Assembly (NCBI GenBank): GCA_963779695.1
Contig: CAVZZH010000024.1
Coordinates: 16,669-80,668, forward strand
Reading direction: 5' to 3'
Length of the DNA stretch: 64,000 nt
Origin: an uncultured Solirubrobacterales bacterium
GTDB taxonomy: Bacteria; Actinomycetota; Thermoleophilia; Solirubrobacterales; Solirubrobacteraceae
The notes below the pieces were generated by a model, which saw nothing but the letters and a program-made list of their open reading frames with translations, did not search any database and was not told the DNA's origin. This document shows positions 37,326-46,695 of this stretch, piece after piece. A program made the position numbers and the translations under genes. Within the stretch, counting starts at the first letter, position 1. Every line of letters begins with the position of its first letter.

Positions 37326-39182
37326 TGCGTCGCATGATGCTGATCGCATTCACGTTTGTCGTCATCTCATTGCTCGGCACGGCGAGCGCCGGGGCCGTCG
37401 TGATCGATATGGGCGCCTCCGGCCGATACGGCGTCGCCCTCGTCCCGGGCACGCGGAGCACGCTCACGACCGCCGGCGTCACCACGGTGAACGCGGGCGC
37501 CCCGTGCACCGACCCCTGGCTCGCCTCGGACTTCATCCTCCAGAGCAGCGGCCTCTGCTACAACGGCGGCCCGGTCATGCACGCCAACGAGACGTTCGCG
37601 GTCACGTGGGATCCGCATCGGCTCGACTGGCAGGTGACACGGAACTACGTCGAGCAGTTCCTCAAGGACGTCGCCGACGGCAGCTCGTGGCCGAACAAGC
37701 TCGCGTCGCTGTCCTCGCAGTACTCGCTCACCAGTCAGTATCGCGACGCCGGCGGCCGTGCCAGCTACACCTCTGCGTATGGCGGCGGGTGCGTGGACTT
37801 CGGTCAGCCGGGTGGGTCCACGTGCAAGTTTGCGAGCGCGGTTGCCACCGGCCGCGGCCACAACGACCTCGGCAGCGACTGTCCGGTCAGCGGCACCAAC
37901 TACTTCTGGCAGGACCCGAGCGGCGCCTGGGGACCGAACGCCAACGCGTACTGCATCACCGACGACCAGATCCGCACCGAGGTCTCGCAGATGGTCAGCG
38001 AGATGGGGCTGATCGGACGCACGCAGAGCGAACTTCACGCCGCTGATCATCCTCCGGACGCCGCCCGGCGTCGTCGACTGCCTGGACGGCGCGGGCAAGA
38101 TCTGCTCGGCGAACGGCGTCTCCACCGCCCAGTTCTGCTCCTACCACAGCCAGGCGAGCGTCGGCGGCACCTTGGTGTCGTACGTCGTTCAGCCGTGGAC
38201 CGCAAAAACACCCTGCGATGACCCCGGCGTCCCCGCGTGGAACGACGACGTGTCATGGGTTGAGTATGCGATCGAGGTTGCCCAGCGATTGGTCAGTCCG
38301 CTCAGCCAGGGACAACTCGCTGCGATCACCGACCCGGCGCTCAACGCGTGGTATGCGCTCGACGGCTCCGAGATGAACGACAACGGCTGCATCGGGTTCC
38401 CCAAGGCCCTTGATCAGGTGACGGTCGGCGCGAGCGGCCAGAACCCGTACTGCCTCCAGCGCGAGTACAACAACGCCGGCGCACTCGCCAGCGACCCGGA
38501 CGCGCCGAAGTGCGCCCCGCTCAACGACCTCGCCCCGACGTTCGTCGTCCCGAGTCCGATCGACGCCGGGGACATCGTCGCCTTCGACGGCTCGGTGACG
38601 AGATCGACGCTGCTCATCCCGCAGAGCCAACTACCAGTGGAACTTCGGCGACGGCACCACCCGCGCGACGGCGCGAGCGTCATCCACCAGTTCGCCAAGG
38701 GCGGCGTCTACACCGTCACGCTGAAGGTGACCGACCGCGGCGGCTACAGCTCGAGCGTGTCCCAGCAGGTCACCGTTCTCGGTTCCGGCGGAACGGTACC
38801 CCCTCCACCTCCGGGCAGCACGACGAAGTCGAAGCTCAAGGCCCGGCTCGCGCTCATCCCGCAGGGCTTCCGGACCATCCTGCGCTCCGGTATCGCGATG
38901 CGGGTCACCTCCAACGAGCCGGCCGCCGGGCTGACCAAGATCTGGATCTCCAAGCGTGACGCCAAGCGGGCGCACCTCCGGACCGGCCGCAGCGCGAACG
39001 TCGTGATCGGCCAGGGCACCATCTCCGGCATCAAGAACGGCACGGTCAAGCTCCATCTCCGGCTGTCTCGTGACATGGCGAAGAAGCTCGGGCGCCTGCG
39101 CCACCTGAAGCTCACGGTGCGGCTGTCGCTGAGGGGCCCCAGTGGCGACCGCGCGACGGTCGACGCCGCGGGCAGTTACTGA
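37325..39182 (+). CDS. Secreted Cys-rich protein with PKD domain (frameshifts at ~38027 and ~38625-38665)
   Basis: Signal peptide; YNGGPVMH, FCSYHS, AITDP..NAWY; the PKD signature YQWNFGDG is in an alternative frame at 38629-38655, then GVYTVTLKVTD. Confidence 0.75.
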
Positions 39183-39221
39183 GAGACGACCGCCGAGGGT
39201 CCCCACTAACCTAGGGCGCCG

Positions 39222-40388
39222 ATGGCGCTCAACCTCATCACCGCCGGCGAGTCCCACGGCCCGGGCCTCACCTGCATCATCGAAGGTCTGCCCGCCGGGC
39301 TCCAGCTCGACCGCGAGTCGATCAATCGCGATCTCGCGCGCCGCCAGCTCGGCCACGGGCGCGGCGGCCGGATGAAGATCGAGCGTGACCAGGCCGAGGT
39401 CACGGGCGGTGTCCGCCACGGCCACACGCTCGGCGGCCCGATCGCGATGACCGTCGTCAACCGCGATTACGCCAACTGGGAAGAGCGGATGAACCCGTGG
39501 CCGGTCGACGCCGAGCTGAAAGAGGTGCACCTACCGCGTCCCGGCCACGCCGACCTCGTGGGCACGCAGAAGTACGGGCTGAGTGACGTCCGCGACATCC
39601 TTGAGCGGGCGAGCGCCCGGGAGACCGCCGCCCGCGTCGCCGGTGGCGCGATCGCCAAGGCGTTTCTGCGGGCGCTCGGCGTCGACGTGTTCTCGCACGT
39701 GCTCCAGATCACGAGCGTGAGCGCGCCGCGGCGGGACGATCTGACGCCGTCCGATTTCGCCGAGGTCGATGAATCGCCGGTCCGGTGCCTTGACCCGGAG
39801 GCGGGGCGCGCGATGGTCGCCGAGATCGACCGGCTGCGCAAGGCGAACGAGTCGCTCGGGGGCGTCTTCGAGGTGCGCGTGTTCGGGCTCGTGCCCGGCC
39901 TCGGCTCGCACGTGTCCTGGGAGGAGCGCCTGGACGGCCGCCTCGCGCAGGCGATGCTCTCGATTCAGGCGATCAAGGCCGTCGCGGTCGGCGACGGCTT
40001 TGAAGTTGCGGGCCTGCCTGGATCCCAGGCCCACGATGAGATTTTCTACGATCCGGAGCGCGGGTACTACCGTGAGACGAATCGGGCTGGGGGAGTGGAG
40101 GGTGGAATGACCACGGGCGACCCCCTCGTCGTCCGCGGTTCGATGAAGCCGCTCCCGACCTTGACGAAGCCGCTGCGCTCGGTCGACATCGCCACGCACG
40201 AGCCCGCGCAGGCGCTGCGGGAGCGGACCGATTCGTGCACCGTGCCCGCCGCGGGCGTCGTCGGCGAGGCGATGGTGGCGTTCGTGCTCGCCGACGCCTA
40301 CCGGCGGAAATTCGGGGGCGATCACATCGACGACGTGCGCGCCGCGCTCACGGCCTACAAGGAACGGATCGCCTGGAGGGGCGGTTGA
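39222..40388 (+). CDS. aroC: Chorismate synthase
   Basis: TAGESHG, RPGHAD, ERASARETAARVA, MKPLPT. Confidence 0.98.
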   Translation: MALNLITAGESHGPGLTCIIEGLPAGLQLDRESINRDLARRQLGHGRGGRMKIERDQAEVTGGVRHGHTLGGPIAMTVVNRDYANWEERMNPWPVDAELKEVHLPRPGHADLVGTQKYGLSDVRDILERASARETAARVAGGAIAKAFLRALGVDVFSHVLQITSVSAPRRDDLTPSDFAEVDESPVRCLDPEAGRAMVAEIDRLRKANESLGGVFEVRVFGLVPGLGSHVSWEERLDGRLAQAMLSIQAIKAVAVGDGFEVAGLPGSQAHDEIFYDPERGYYRETNRAGGVEGGMTTGDPLVVRGSMKPLPTLTKPLRSVDIATHEPAQALRERTDSCTVPAAGVVGEAMVAFVLADAYRRKFGGDHIDDVRAALTAYKERIAWRGG

Positions 40389-41899
40389 CGCCGACGCTCA
40401 TCTGCGTCGGCTTCATGGGCGCCGGGAAGTCGACCGCAGCGCGGAGCGCCGCCGCCACGCTTGACGTTGAGGCGGTCGATGTCGACGCGGTGATCGAACA
40501 GCGTGTCGGCAAACCGATCTCGGCGGTGTTCGCCGAGGACGGCGAAGCGCATTTCCGTGATGTCGAGGAGCGGGTGACGCTCGAGCTACTCGCCGCGGGC
40601 CCCGCGGTGCTCTCCTTGGGCGGTGGCGCCGTCGGGTCCGCGGCGGTACGCGACGCGCTCTCCGACCACCGTGTGCTGTGGGTCGACGTCGATCTTGACA
40701 CCGCGTGGGAGCGCGCCCGCGCGAGCGACCGGCCGCTGGCCCGGAACCGGGAGGCGTTTGCGGCGTTGTACGCCGAACGCGAGCCGCTCTACGCGTCGGT
40801 CGCCGACGCGATCGTCCCCGCGCTGCGCACCGAAGCGGTCGGACCCGTGCTCGGCGCCATCGACGCGTCACCCGCGGGCGCCACGCTGCTGTGGGCGGCG
40901 AGTGCGTCGGGCGACTACCCCGTGTTCATCGGGGCGGGGCTCCTCGGCTTCTGGCCGACGTCGGTCGTGCCCGGACGCCGCTTCCTCGTGACCGACGGGC
41001 GCGTCGGGCACCTGTACGGCGATGCGCTCGAGCCGCTGGACGGGCGCGTCTCGATCATGCCCGGCGAGCAGTCGAAGACGATCGCCCACGCGGAGATCGT
41101 GTGGACCGAGCTCGCCCGCGGCGGCATGACCCGCGAGGACGTGATCGTGGCCCTCGGCGGTGGCGTCGTCGGCGATCTCGCCGGTTTCTGCGCGGCCACC
41201 TATCAGCGCGGCGTGCGCTTCGTCCAGGTCCCGACGACGCTCGTCGCGCAGGTCGACTCGGCCTACGGGGGCAAGACCGGTGTCGACCTCGCGGAGGCGA
41301 AGAACTACGTCGGCGCCTACCACCAGCCATCCGCGGTGCTCGTCGACACCGCGACCCTGCGCTCGCTCCCGCCTGAGGAGCTCGCCGCCGGGTACGCCGA
41401 GGTGGTCAAGACCGCGCTGATCGCAGGTGGCGCGTTGTGGGACCGGGTGCGCGGCGGGGCGGCGCCGGACGATCCGTCGGTGATCATCGATTGCGCGCGG
41501 ACGAAGCTCCGGATCGTCGCTCAGGACGAGCGGGACAGCGGCCTGCGCCAGGTCCTCAACCTCGGGCACACCGTCGGCCACGCGATCGAGACCACGACCG
41601 GGTACGCGCAGTACCGCCATGGCGAGGCCGTCGCCCTCGGCCTGCTCGCGGCGCTGCGGCTCTCCGGGGCATCGGAGCTGCGTGAGGAGGTCGAGGCGCT
41701 GCTCGCGGCCCAGGGCCTCCCGACGACGCTCGACGGGACCGACCCGGACGCGGTCGTGATGGCGACCCAGCGTGACAAGAAGCGACTGGGGGAGGGGCCG
41801 GTGCCGTTCGTGCTCCTCCGCGAGCCCGGCGCGGCCACGCCCGGCCAGGTCGTCCCAGCTCGCGATCTCATCGCCGCCGTGCGAGAGTTGTCGCCGTGA
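40385..41899 (+). CDS. aroB: Bifunctional shikimate kinase / 3-dehydroquinate synthase (AroK-AroB fusion)
   Basis: GFMGAGKS, GEAHFR..E, SLGGG, RPL; then GGGVVGDLAGF, VPTTL.AQVDS, GGKTG, LNLGHT.GH, HGEAV; single frame. Confidence 0.95.
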   Translation: MTPTLICVGFMGAGKSTAARSAAATLDVEAVDVDAVIEQRVGKPISAVFAEDGEAHFRDVEERVTLELLAAGPAVLSLGGGAVGSAAVRDALSDHRVLWVDVDLDTAWERARASDRPLARNREAFAALYAEREPLYASVADAIVPALRTEAVGPVLGAIDASPAGATLLWAASASGDYPVFIGAGLLGFWPTSVVPGRRFLVTDGRVGHLYGDALEPLDGRVSIMPGEQSKTIAHAEIVWTELARGGMTREDVIVALGGGVVGDLAGFCAATYQRGVRFVQVPTTLVAQVDSAYGGKTGVDLAEAKNYVGAYHQPSAVLVDTATLRSLPPEELAAGYAEVVKTALIAGGALWDRVRGGAAPDDPSVIIDCARTKLRIVAQDERDSGLRQVLNLGHTVGHAIETTTGYAQYRHGEAVALGLLAALRLSGASELREEVEALLAAQGLPTTLDGTDPDAVVMATQRDKKRLGEGPVPFVLLREPGAATPGQVVPARDLIAAVRELSP

Positions 41900-42348
41900 C
41901 GGCCGCCGCCTACAACCGCATCGAGGTGATGCACGGGGTCAACCTGGACCAGCTCGGTCGACGCAATCCGGAGATTTACGGCGGCCTCTCATTCGACGAG
42001 CTCGAGCTCCAGATCGGCCAGATGGCCCACGAGCTCGAACTCGAGGTGATCTTCTTTCAGACCAACCACGAGGGAGAGTTCGTGGAGCACCTGCACCGCC
42101 TGGCCGGGATGGCCGACGGAATCATCCTCAATCCCGGCGCCTGGACGCATTACTCGTACGCGATCCGGGACGCGCTTGAACTCACCGGGCTTCCGGCGAT
42201 CGAGGTTCATCTGTCCGATGTCGATGCGCGGGAAGAGTGGCGCCGTCACAGCGTCATTCGCGAGCTCTGCGCCGGTCGCGTTGCCGGCGAGGGGCCGGCG
42301 GGGTATCGGACCGCGCTGCAGCTGATCAAGGCGGAGCTGCCGGCATGA
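41896..42348 (+). CDS. aroQ: Type II 3-dehydroquinate dehydratase
   Basis: HGVNL..LG.R.PEIYG, QTNHEG, NPGAWTHYS, EVHLS. Confidence 0.96.
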   Translation: MTAAAYNRIEVMHGVNLDQLGRRNPEIYGGLSFDELELQIGQMAHELELEVIFFQTNHEGEFVEHLHRLAGMADGIILNPGAWTHYSYAIRDALELTGLPAIEVHLSDVDAREEWRRHSVIRELCAGRVAGEGPAGYRTALQLIKAELPA

Positions 42349-43418
42349 AGGCGCGCAGCGATCGTCTTGTCGCGTCGCTGCCCGGCACCGGGGTCGACGT
42401 GCAGCTTGTCACCAACCTCGCCAACGTCCGGTACCTGACCGGCTACAGCGGCTCCAACGGGCTCGCCCTCGTCGGCCCGCAGACGCGGACGTTCATCACC
42501 GACTTCCGCTACGTCGAGCAGGCGGCTGAGCAGGTCGAGAAGTCGTTCGAGCGCCGCCAGGCGCCGCAAGATCTTCTTGACGCGGTCGCCGACGTGCTGC
42601 CCGACGGGCCGATGCGGCTCGGCTTTGAGGAGGCGCACGTCTCCGTCCGGACCCATAATCGCCTGCGGGGGCTGCTCGAGGAGCGGGTCGCGCTCGTGGG
42701 AACGGACGGCGTTGTCGAGCGCCTGCGAGCGGTCAAGGACGGCGAAGAGGTCGCCGCGATCCGGGCCGCGTGCCAGCTTGCCGATGCCGCGCTGGAGCAG
42801 GTTCTCGCCGACGGCCTCGTCGGGCGGACCGAACGCGAGGTCGCGCTCGCGCTGGAGACGGCGATGCGCGAGCTCGGCGCGACGCGGCCCAGCTTCGACA
42901 CGATCATCGCCGCCGGCCCCCACGGCGCGCTGCCCCACGCCCAGCCGCGTGACGTCGTGATCGAGCCCGGCCAGCTCGTCGTCATTGACTGGGGCGCCGA
43001 GCTTGACGGCTACTGCTCGGACTGCACCCGGACCGTGGCCACCGGCCCGGTCTCCGAGCACGCCCAGGAGATCTACGCGCTGGTGCGCTCGGCCCAACTC
43101 GCCGGGCTCGAGGGCGTCGCCGCGGGCCGCCACGGCCGCGAGGTCGATGCCGGCGCCCGCCGCGTGATCGAGGACGCGGGCCACGGTGAGCACTACGGCC
43201 ACGGGCTCGGCCACGGTGTCGGGATCGAGGTCCACGAGGCCCCCCGGCTCTCCCAGCGCTCCGACGACACGCTCGAGGCCGGCAACGTCGTCTCCGTCGA
43301 GCCAGGGGTCTACCTCCCCGGGGACCTCGGCGTCCGGATCGAGGACCTCGTCGTGGTCACCGAGGGTGGCTGCGACATTCTCACGGGCCTGCCGAAGGAC
43401 CTGCGGGTCGTCGGCTAA
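42345..43418 (+). CDS. Xaa-Pro peptidase (M24B family)
   Basis: TDFRY, LRAVKD..E, PH, DWG…GYCSDCTRT, HGLGHGVG..HE, EPGVY, VRIED. Confidence 0.95.
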   Translation: MKARSDRLVASLPGTGVDVQLVTNLANVRYLTGYSGSNGLALVGPQTRTFITDFRYVEQAAEQVEKSFERRQAPQDLLDAVADVLPDGPMRLGFEEAHVSVRTHNRLRGLLEERVALVGTDGVVERLRAVKDGEEVAAIRAACQLADAALEQVLADGLVGRTEREVALALETAMRELGATRPSFDTIIAAGPHGALPHAQPRDVVIEPGQLVVIDWGAELDGYCSDCTRTVATGPVSEHAQEIYALVRSAQLAGLEGVAAGRHGREVDAGARRVIEDAGHGEHYGHGLGHGVGIEVHEAPRLSQRSDDTLEAGNVVSVEPGVYLPGDLGVRIEDLVVVTEGGCDILTGLPKDLRVVG

Positions 43419-43498
43419 GGCTCGCGGCCGGACGCGGACGGTCTCCCACACCCCTGGCCCGGAACTCATCCGCGCGCCGTCTACACTGGCCCACCGGC

Positions 43499-44059
43499 AT
43501 GATCAGCACGAACCAATTTCGCAACGGCAACCACATCGACGTCGAGGGCACGATCTTCAAGATCGTCGAGTTCCAGCACGTCAAGCCCGGCAAGGGCGGG
43601 GCGTTCGTCCGCACCAAGCTGCGCCGGGCGAGCGATGGCAATGTGATCGACCGGACGTTCCGGGCCGGTGAGAAGTTCCGCGCCGTCCGGACCGAGGTGC
43701 GGCGGATGCAGTTCCTCTACAAAGACGGAACCGACGCGCACTTCATGGACGCCGAGAGCTACGAGCAGCTCACGATCCCGGAGAGCACGCTCGCCGAACC
43801 GCTGCGCTGGATGAAGGAGTCCGAGGAGGTCGAGGTGCTCTACATCGACGACTCGCCCGCGGACGTCCAGCTGCCGAGCGCGATCGACCTCGAGGTCACC
43901 GAGACCGAGCCCGGCCTGCGTGGCGACACGGCGTCGGGTGGCGGCAACAAGCCGGCGACCCTTGAGACGGGCGCACGGATCCAGGTCCCGTTGTTCATCA
44001 ACATCGGGGACGTCGTCCGGGTGGACACTCGCTCCGGCGAGTACGTCTCGCGTGCGTAG
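43499..44059 (+). CDS. efp: Elongation factor P
   Basis: HVKPGKGGAFVRTKL, GDTA, KPATLETG, VPLFI, VDTR.GEY. Confidence 0.98.
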   Translation: MISTNQFRNGNHIDVEGTIFKIVEFQHVKPGKGGAFVRTKLRRASDGNVIDRTFRAGEKFRAVRTEVRRMQFLYKDGTDAHFMDAESYEQLTIPESTLAEPLRWMKESEEVEVLYIDDSPADVQLPSAIDLEVTETEPGLRGDTASGGGNKPATLETGARIQVPLFINIGDVVRVDTRSGEYVSRA

Positions 44060-44447
44060 GAGCGATCAGCGTCGGGCTGCGGTCTGGGCGCTGTATCAGA
44101 GCGATCTCCTGAACCGTCCCCTGGAGGAGACGTTTCCGCGGGATATCCATGGCTTCACCAAGGAGCTCGCCTGCCTCGTGCGCACCCACCAGCCCGAGCT
44201 GGACGAGCTCATCGCCAAGCACGCCCGCGGCTGGTCGCTTGAGCGGATTGCCCCACTCGAGCGCTCGATCCTCCGCACCGGTCTTGCCGAGATGCTCTAC
44301 CCCGACGACCTGCCGGGCGACCAGGCGATCCCGGCGGAGGGCGCGATCAACGAGGCGGTCGAGATCGCCAAGCGGTTCTGCGGGGCGGAGGCTCCGGCGT
44401 TCATCAACGGGATCCTCGCCGCGGCGCTGCGCGACCGCGCCGCGTAG
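44052..44447 (+). CDS. nusB: Transcription antitermination factor NusB
   Basis: R…RRAAVWALYQ, W.LERI..LERSILR, INEAVEIAKRF, FINGIL; efp-nusB synteny. Confidence 0.93.
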   Translation: MRRSDQRRAAVWALYQSDLLNRPLEETFPRDIHGFTKELACLVRTHQPELDELIAKHARGWSLERIAPLERSILRTGLAEMLYPDDLPGDQAIPAEGAINEAVEIAKRFCGAEAPAFINGILAAALRDRAA

Positions 44448-44499
44448 GAGGTTCGTATGAAACCCCCCAAACCGCCTGCGTACAGGCCACAATGACGGC

Positions 44500-45183
44500 A
44501 TGAGACTTCTCGTTGTCGACGATGACCGGGCGCTGCGCGACGTGCTCCGCCGTGCGCTTGAGCTCGCCGGCTACGAGGTCCGGCTCACCGACAGCGGGGC
44601 CGGCGCGCTCGGCGAGGTCGCGAGCGCCGTCCCCGACGCGGTCGTGCTTGACATCGGGCTGCCGGACATCGACGGCCTTGAGGTGTGTCGGCTGCTGCGT
44701 CGCGAGGGCAACCGGGTCCCGGTGCTCATGCTGACGGCCCGCGACGCCGTTTCGGATCGGATCGACGGCCTCGACGCGGGCGCCGACGACTACCTCGTCA
44801 AGCCGTTCGACATTGACGAGCTGAAGGCGCGGATCCGTGCCCTGCTGCGCCGCGCCGGTGCGGACGGCGACGGTCAGGGCGGCCTCTCGTTCAACGAGCT
44901 GGGTCTCGATTCCGCTCGCCACGGCGTCGTCGTCGGCGAACAGTTCGTCGAGCTGACGCGGACGGAGTACCAGCTGCTCGAGCTGCTCATGCTCAACCCG
45001 CGCCGGGTGCTCCCGCACAGCACGATCTACGACCGGGTCTGGGGCTATGACTTCGGTCCGACGTCGAACGCGCTGCGGGTCTACATCGGATACCTACGCC
45101 GCAAACTCGAGGACGCCGGAGCGACCTCGGAGATTCACACGGTCCGCGGCGTCGGGTACGCGCTGCGGGAGCCGGGCGGGTGA
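44500..45183 (+). CDS. OmpR-family response regulator (MprA-like)
   Basis: LLVVDDD, LDIGLP..DG, GADDYLVKPF, winged helix LTRTEY…VWGYDF…TVRGVGY. Confidence 0.96.
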   Translation: MRLLVVDDDRALRDVLRRALELAGYEVRLTDSGAGALGEVASAVPDAVVLDIGLPDIDGLEVCRLLRREGNRVPVLMLTARDAVSDRIDGLDAGADDYLVKPFDIDELKARIRALLRRAGADGDGQGGLSFNELGLDSARHGVVVGEQFVELTRTEYQLLELLMLNPRRVLPHSTIYDRVWGYDFGPTSNALRVYIGYLRRKLEDAGATSEIHTVRGVGYALREPGG

Positions 45184-46679
45184 GCCTGCGCGCGCGGATG
45201 GGCGTGGCCGCCGGCGTGGCGGTCGCCATCGCCGTCGTCGCGGTTGCGTTCTCGGCGTATGCCGGAACGCGCTCCCAGCTGACCGGTCAGCTCGACACGC
45301 AGCTGCAGCGCCTCACCTCGGACGTGATGCATCACGGCCCCGGGGGCCCCAACGGGGGTCCTACCGGCACTGGCGGCGGCACGGGCACCGGCACGGGCGA
45401 CGGCGGCAATCAGCTCTTCGGTGGCGGCCCGACCGCGAGCGCCATCGAGCCCCCGGGTGTCGGCGACGAGGGCCTCAGCCTCGACCGCCGCGGGCCCGGG
45501 TTCGGCGGCGCGGCCGGAATCATCACCGTCATCTACGCGAACGGCGGGACGTACGTGCCGCCGACGCAGAGCTACAAGATCCCCACCGACGAGGCGATGA
45601 AGGCTCTCGCCAAGAGCGGTCAGGGCCACTACTACACCGACGTGAATACGTCGGGCACGCACCTTCGCGTGCTCGTCACCGGCATCGGCAGCCGCGGCGC
45701 GCTCGCGATCGCGCTCCCTCTGACCGAGATCGATAACGCGCTCCACAACCAGTTGCTGCTGCTCGCCATCATCTCGGCCGCCGGCATCGCGCTCGCCGCG
45801 CTGCTCGGGATCCTCGTCGCGCGCACGGCGCTCGCACCCATCGCCCGGTTCACGCGCCAGACAGAGGTGATCGCCGCCAACCCGGAGCGGATCGAGCACG
45901 ACCGCCTCGACGTTCACGGCCACGACGAGCTCGCCCGGCTCGGCCGGACGTTCAACACGACGCTCGACGCGCTCGAGCAGGCGATGGCATCGCAGCGCAA
46001 CCTCGTCGCCGACGCCTCCCATGAGCTCCGGACGCCGATCGCCTCGATCCGCGCGAATCTCCAGTTGATGCGTGACGAGTCGCTGCTCTCCGCCGAGGAC
46101 CGGGCGGCGCTCCGCGCCGACATGATCGATGAGCTCGATGAGCTCACGGGGCTCGTCGGCGATGTCGTCGAACTCGCCCGCGGTTCGAAGCCGAGCGGCG
46201 AGCTCGGGGACGTACGCCTTGACCATGTTCTCTCGCAGGCGCTCGACCGCGTGCGGCGCCGTGCGCCCCACCTGCAGATCCAGGCGACGATCGAGCCGAC
46301 GCTTGTGCGTGGGGAGCCCGACCGGATCGCGCGCGCCGTCACCAACCTCCTGGACAACGCGATGAAGTGGAGCCCGCGGGACGGGCTGATCGAGGCAACG
46401 CTCAAGGACGGCACGCTGACGATTCGCGACCACGGCCCGGGATTCCACGAAGAGGACCTCCCGTTCGTGTTTGACCGCTTCCACCGCGCCCGCGACGCGC
46501 GCTCGAAGCCGGGCTCCGGACTCGGCCTCGCGATCGTGCGACAGGCCGCCGAGGCGCACGGGGGGTTCGTTCAGGCGAGCAACGCGCCGGACGGCGGCGC
46601 GCTCATGCGGATCGGCTTCGGTCCGACCCACAAGCTCGGCGAGGAAGCCGCTGAGGAATCCGTCGCCGGCACGCGCTGA
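45180..46679 (+). CDS. HAMP-domain sensor histidine kinase (MprB-like)
   Basis: Two TMs, HAMP, DASHELRTP, NLLDNA, DHGPG, FDRF, GSGLGL. Confidence 0.96.
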   Translation: MSLRARMGVAAGVAVAIAVVAVAFSAYAGTRSQLTGQLDTQLQRLTSDVMHHGPGGPNGGPTGTGGGTGTGTGDGGNQLFGGGPTASAIEPPGVGDEGLSLDRRGPGFGGAAGIITVIYANGGTYVPPTQSYKIPTDEAMKALAKSGQGHYYTDVNTSGTHLRVLVTGIGSRGALAIALPLTEIDNALHNQLLLLAIISAAGIALAALLGILVARTALAPIARFTRQTEVIAANPERIEHDRLDVHGHDELARLGRTFNTTLDALEQAMASQRNLVADASHELRTPIASIRANLQLMRDESLLSAEDRAALRADMIDELDELTGLVGDVVELARGSKPSGELGDVRLDHVLSQALDRVRRRAPHLQIQATIEPTLVRGEPDRIARAVTNLLDNAMKWSPRDGLIEATLKDGTLTIRDHGPGFHEEDLPFVFDRFHRARDARSKPGSGLGLAIVRQAAEAHGGFVQASNAPDGGALMRIGFGPTHKLGEEAAEESVAGTR

Positions 46680-46695
46680 GCCGAGTGTTGCGACA

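Noticed and set aside
36365-38221. 618-aa ORF joining the PilP-position protein and the PKD protein
   Set aside because: It results from frameshifts at ~36920 and ~38027. An internal signal peptide at 37325 shows these are two separate genes.
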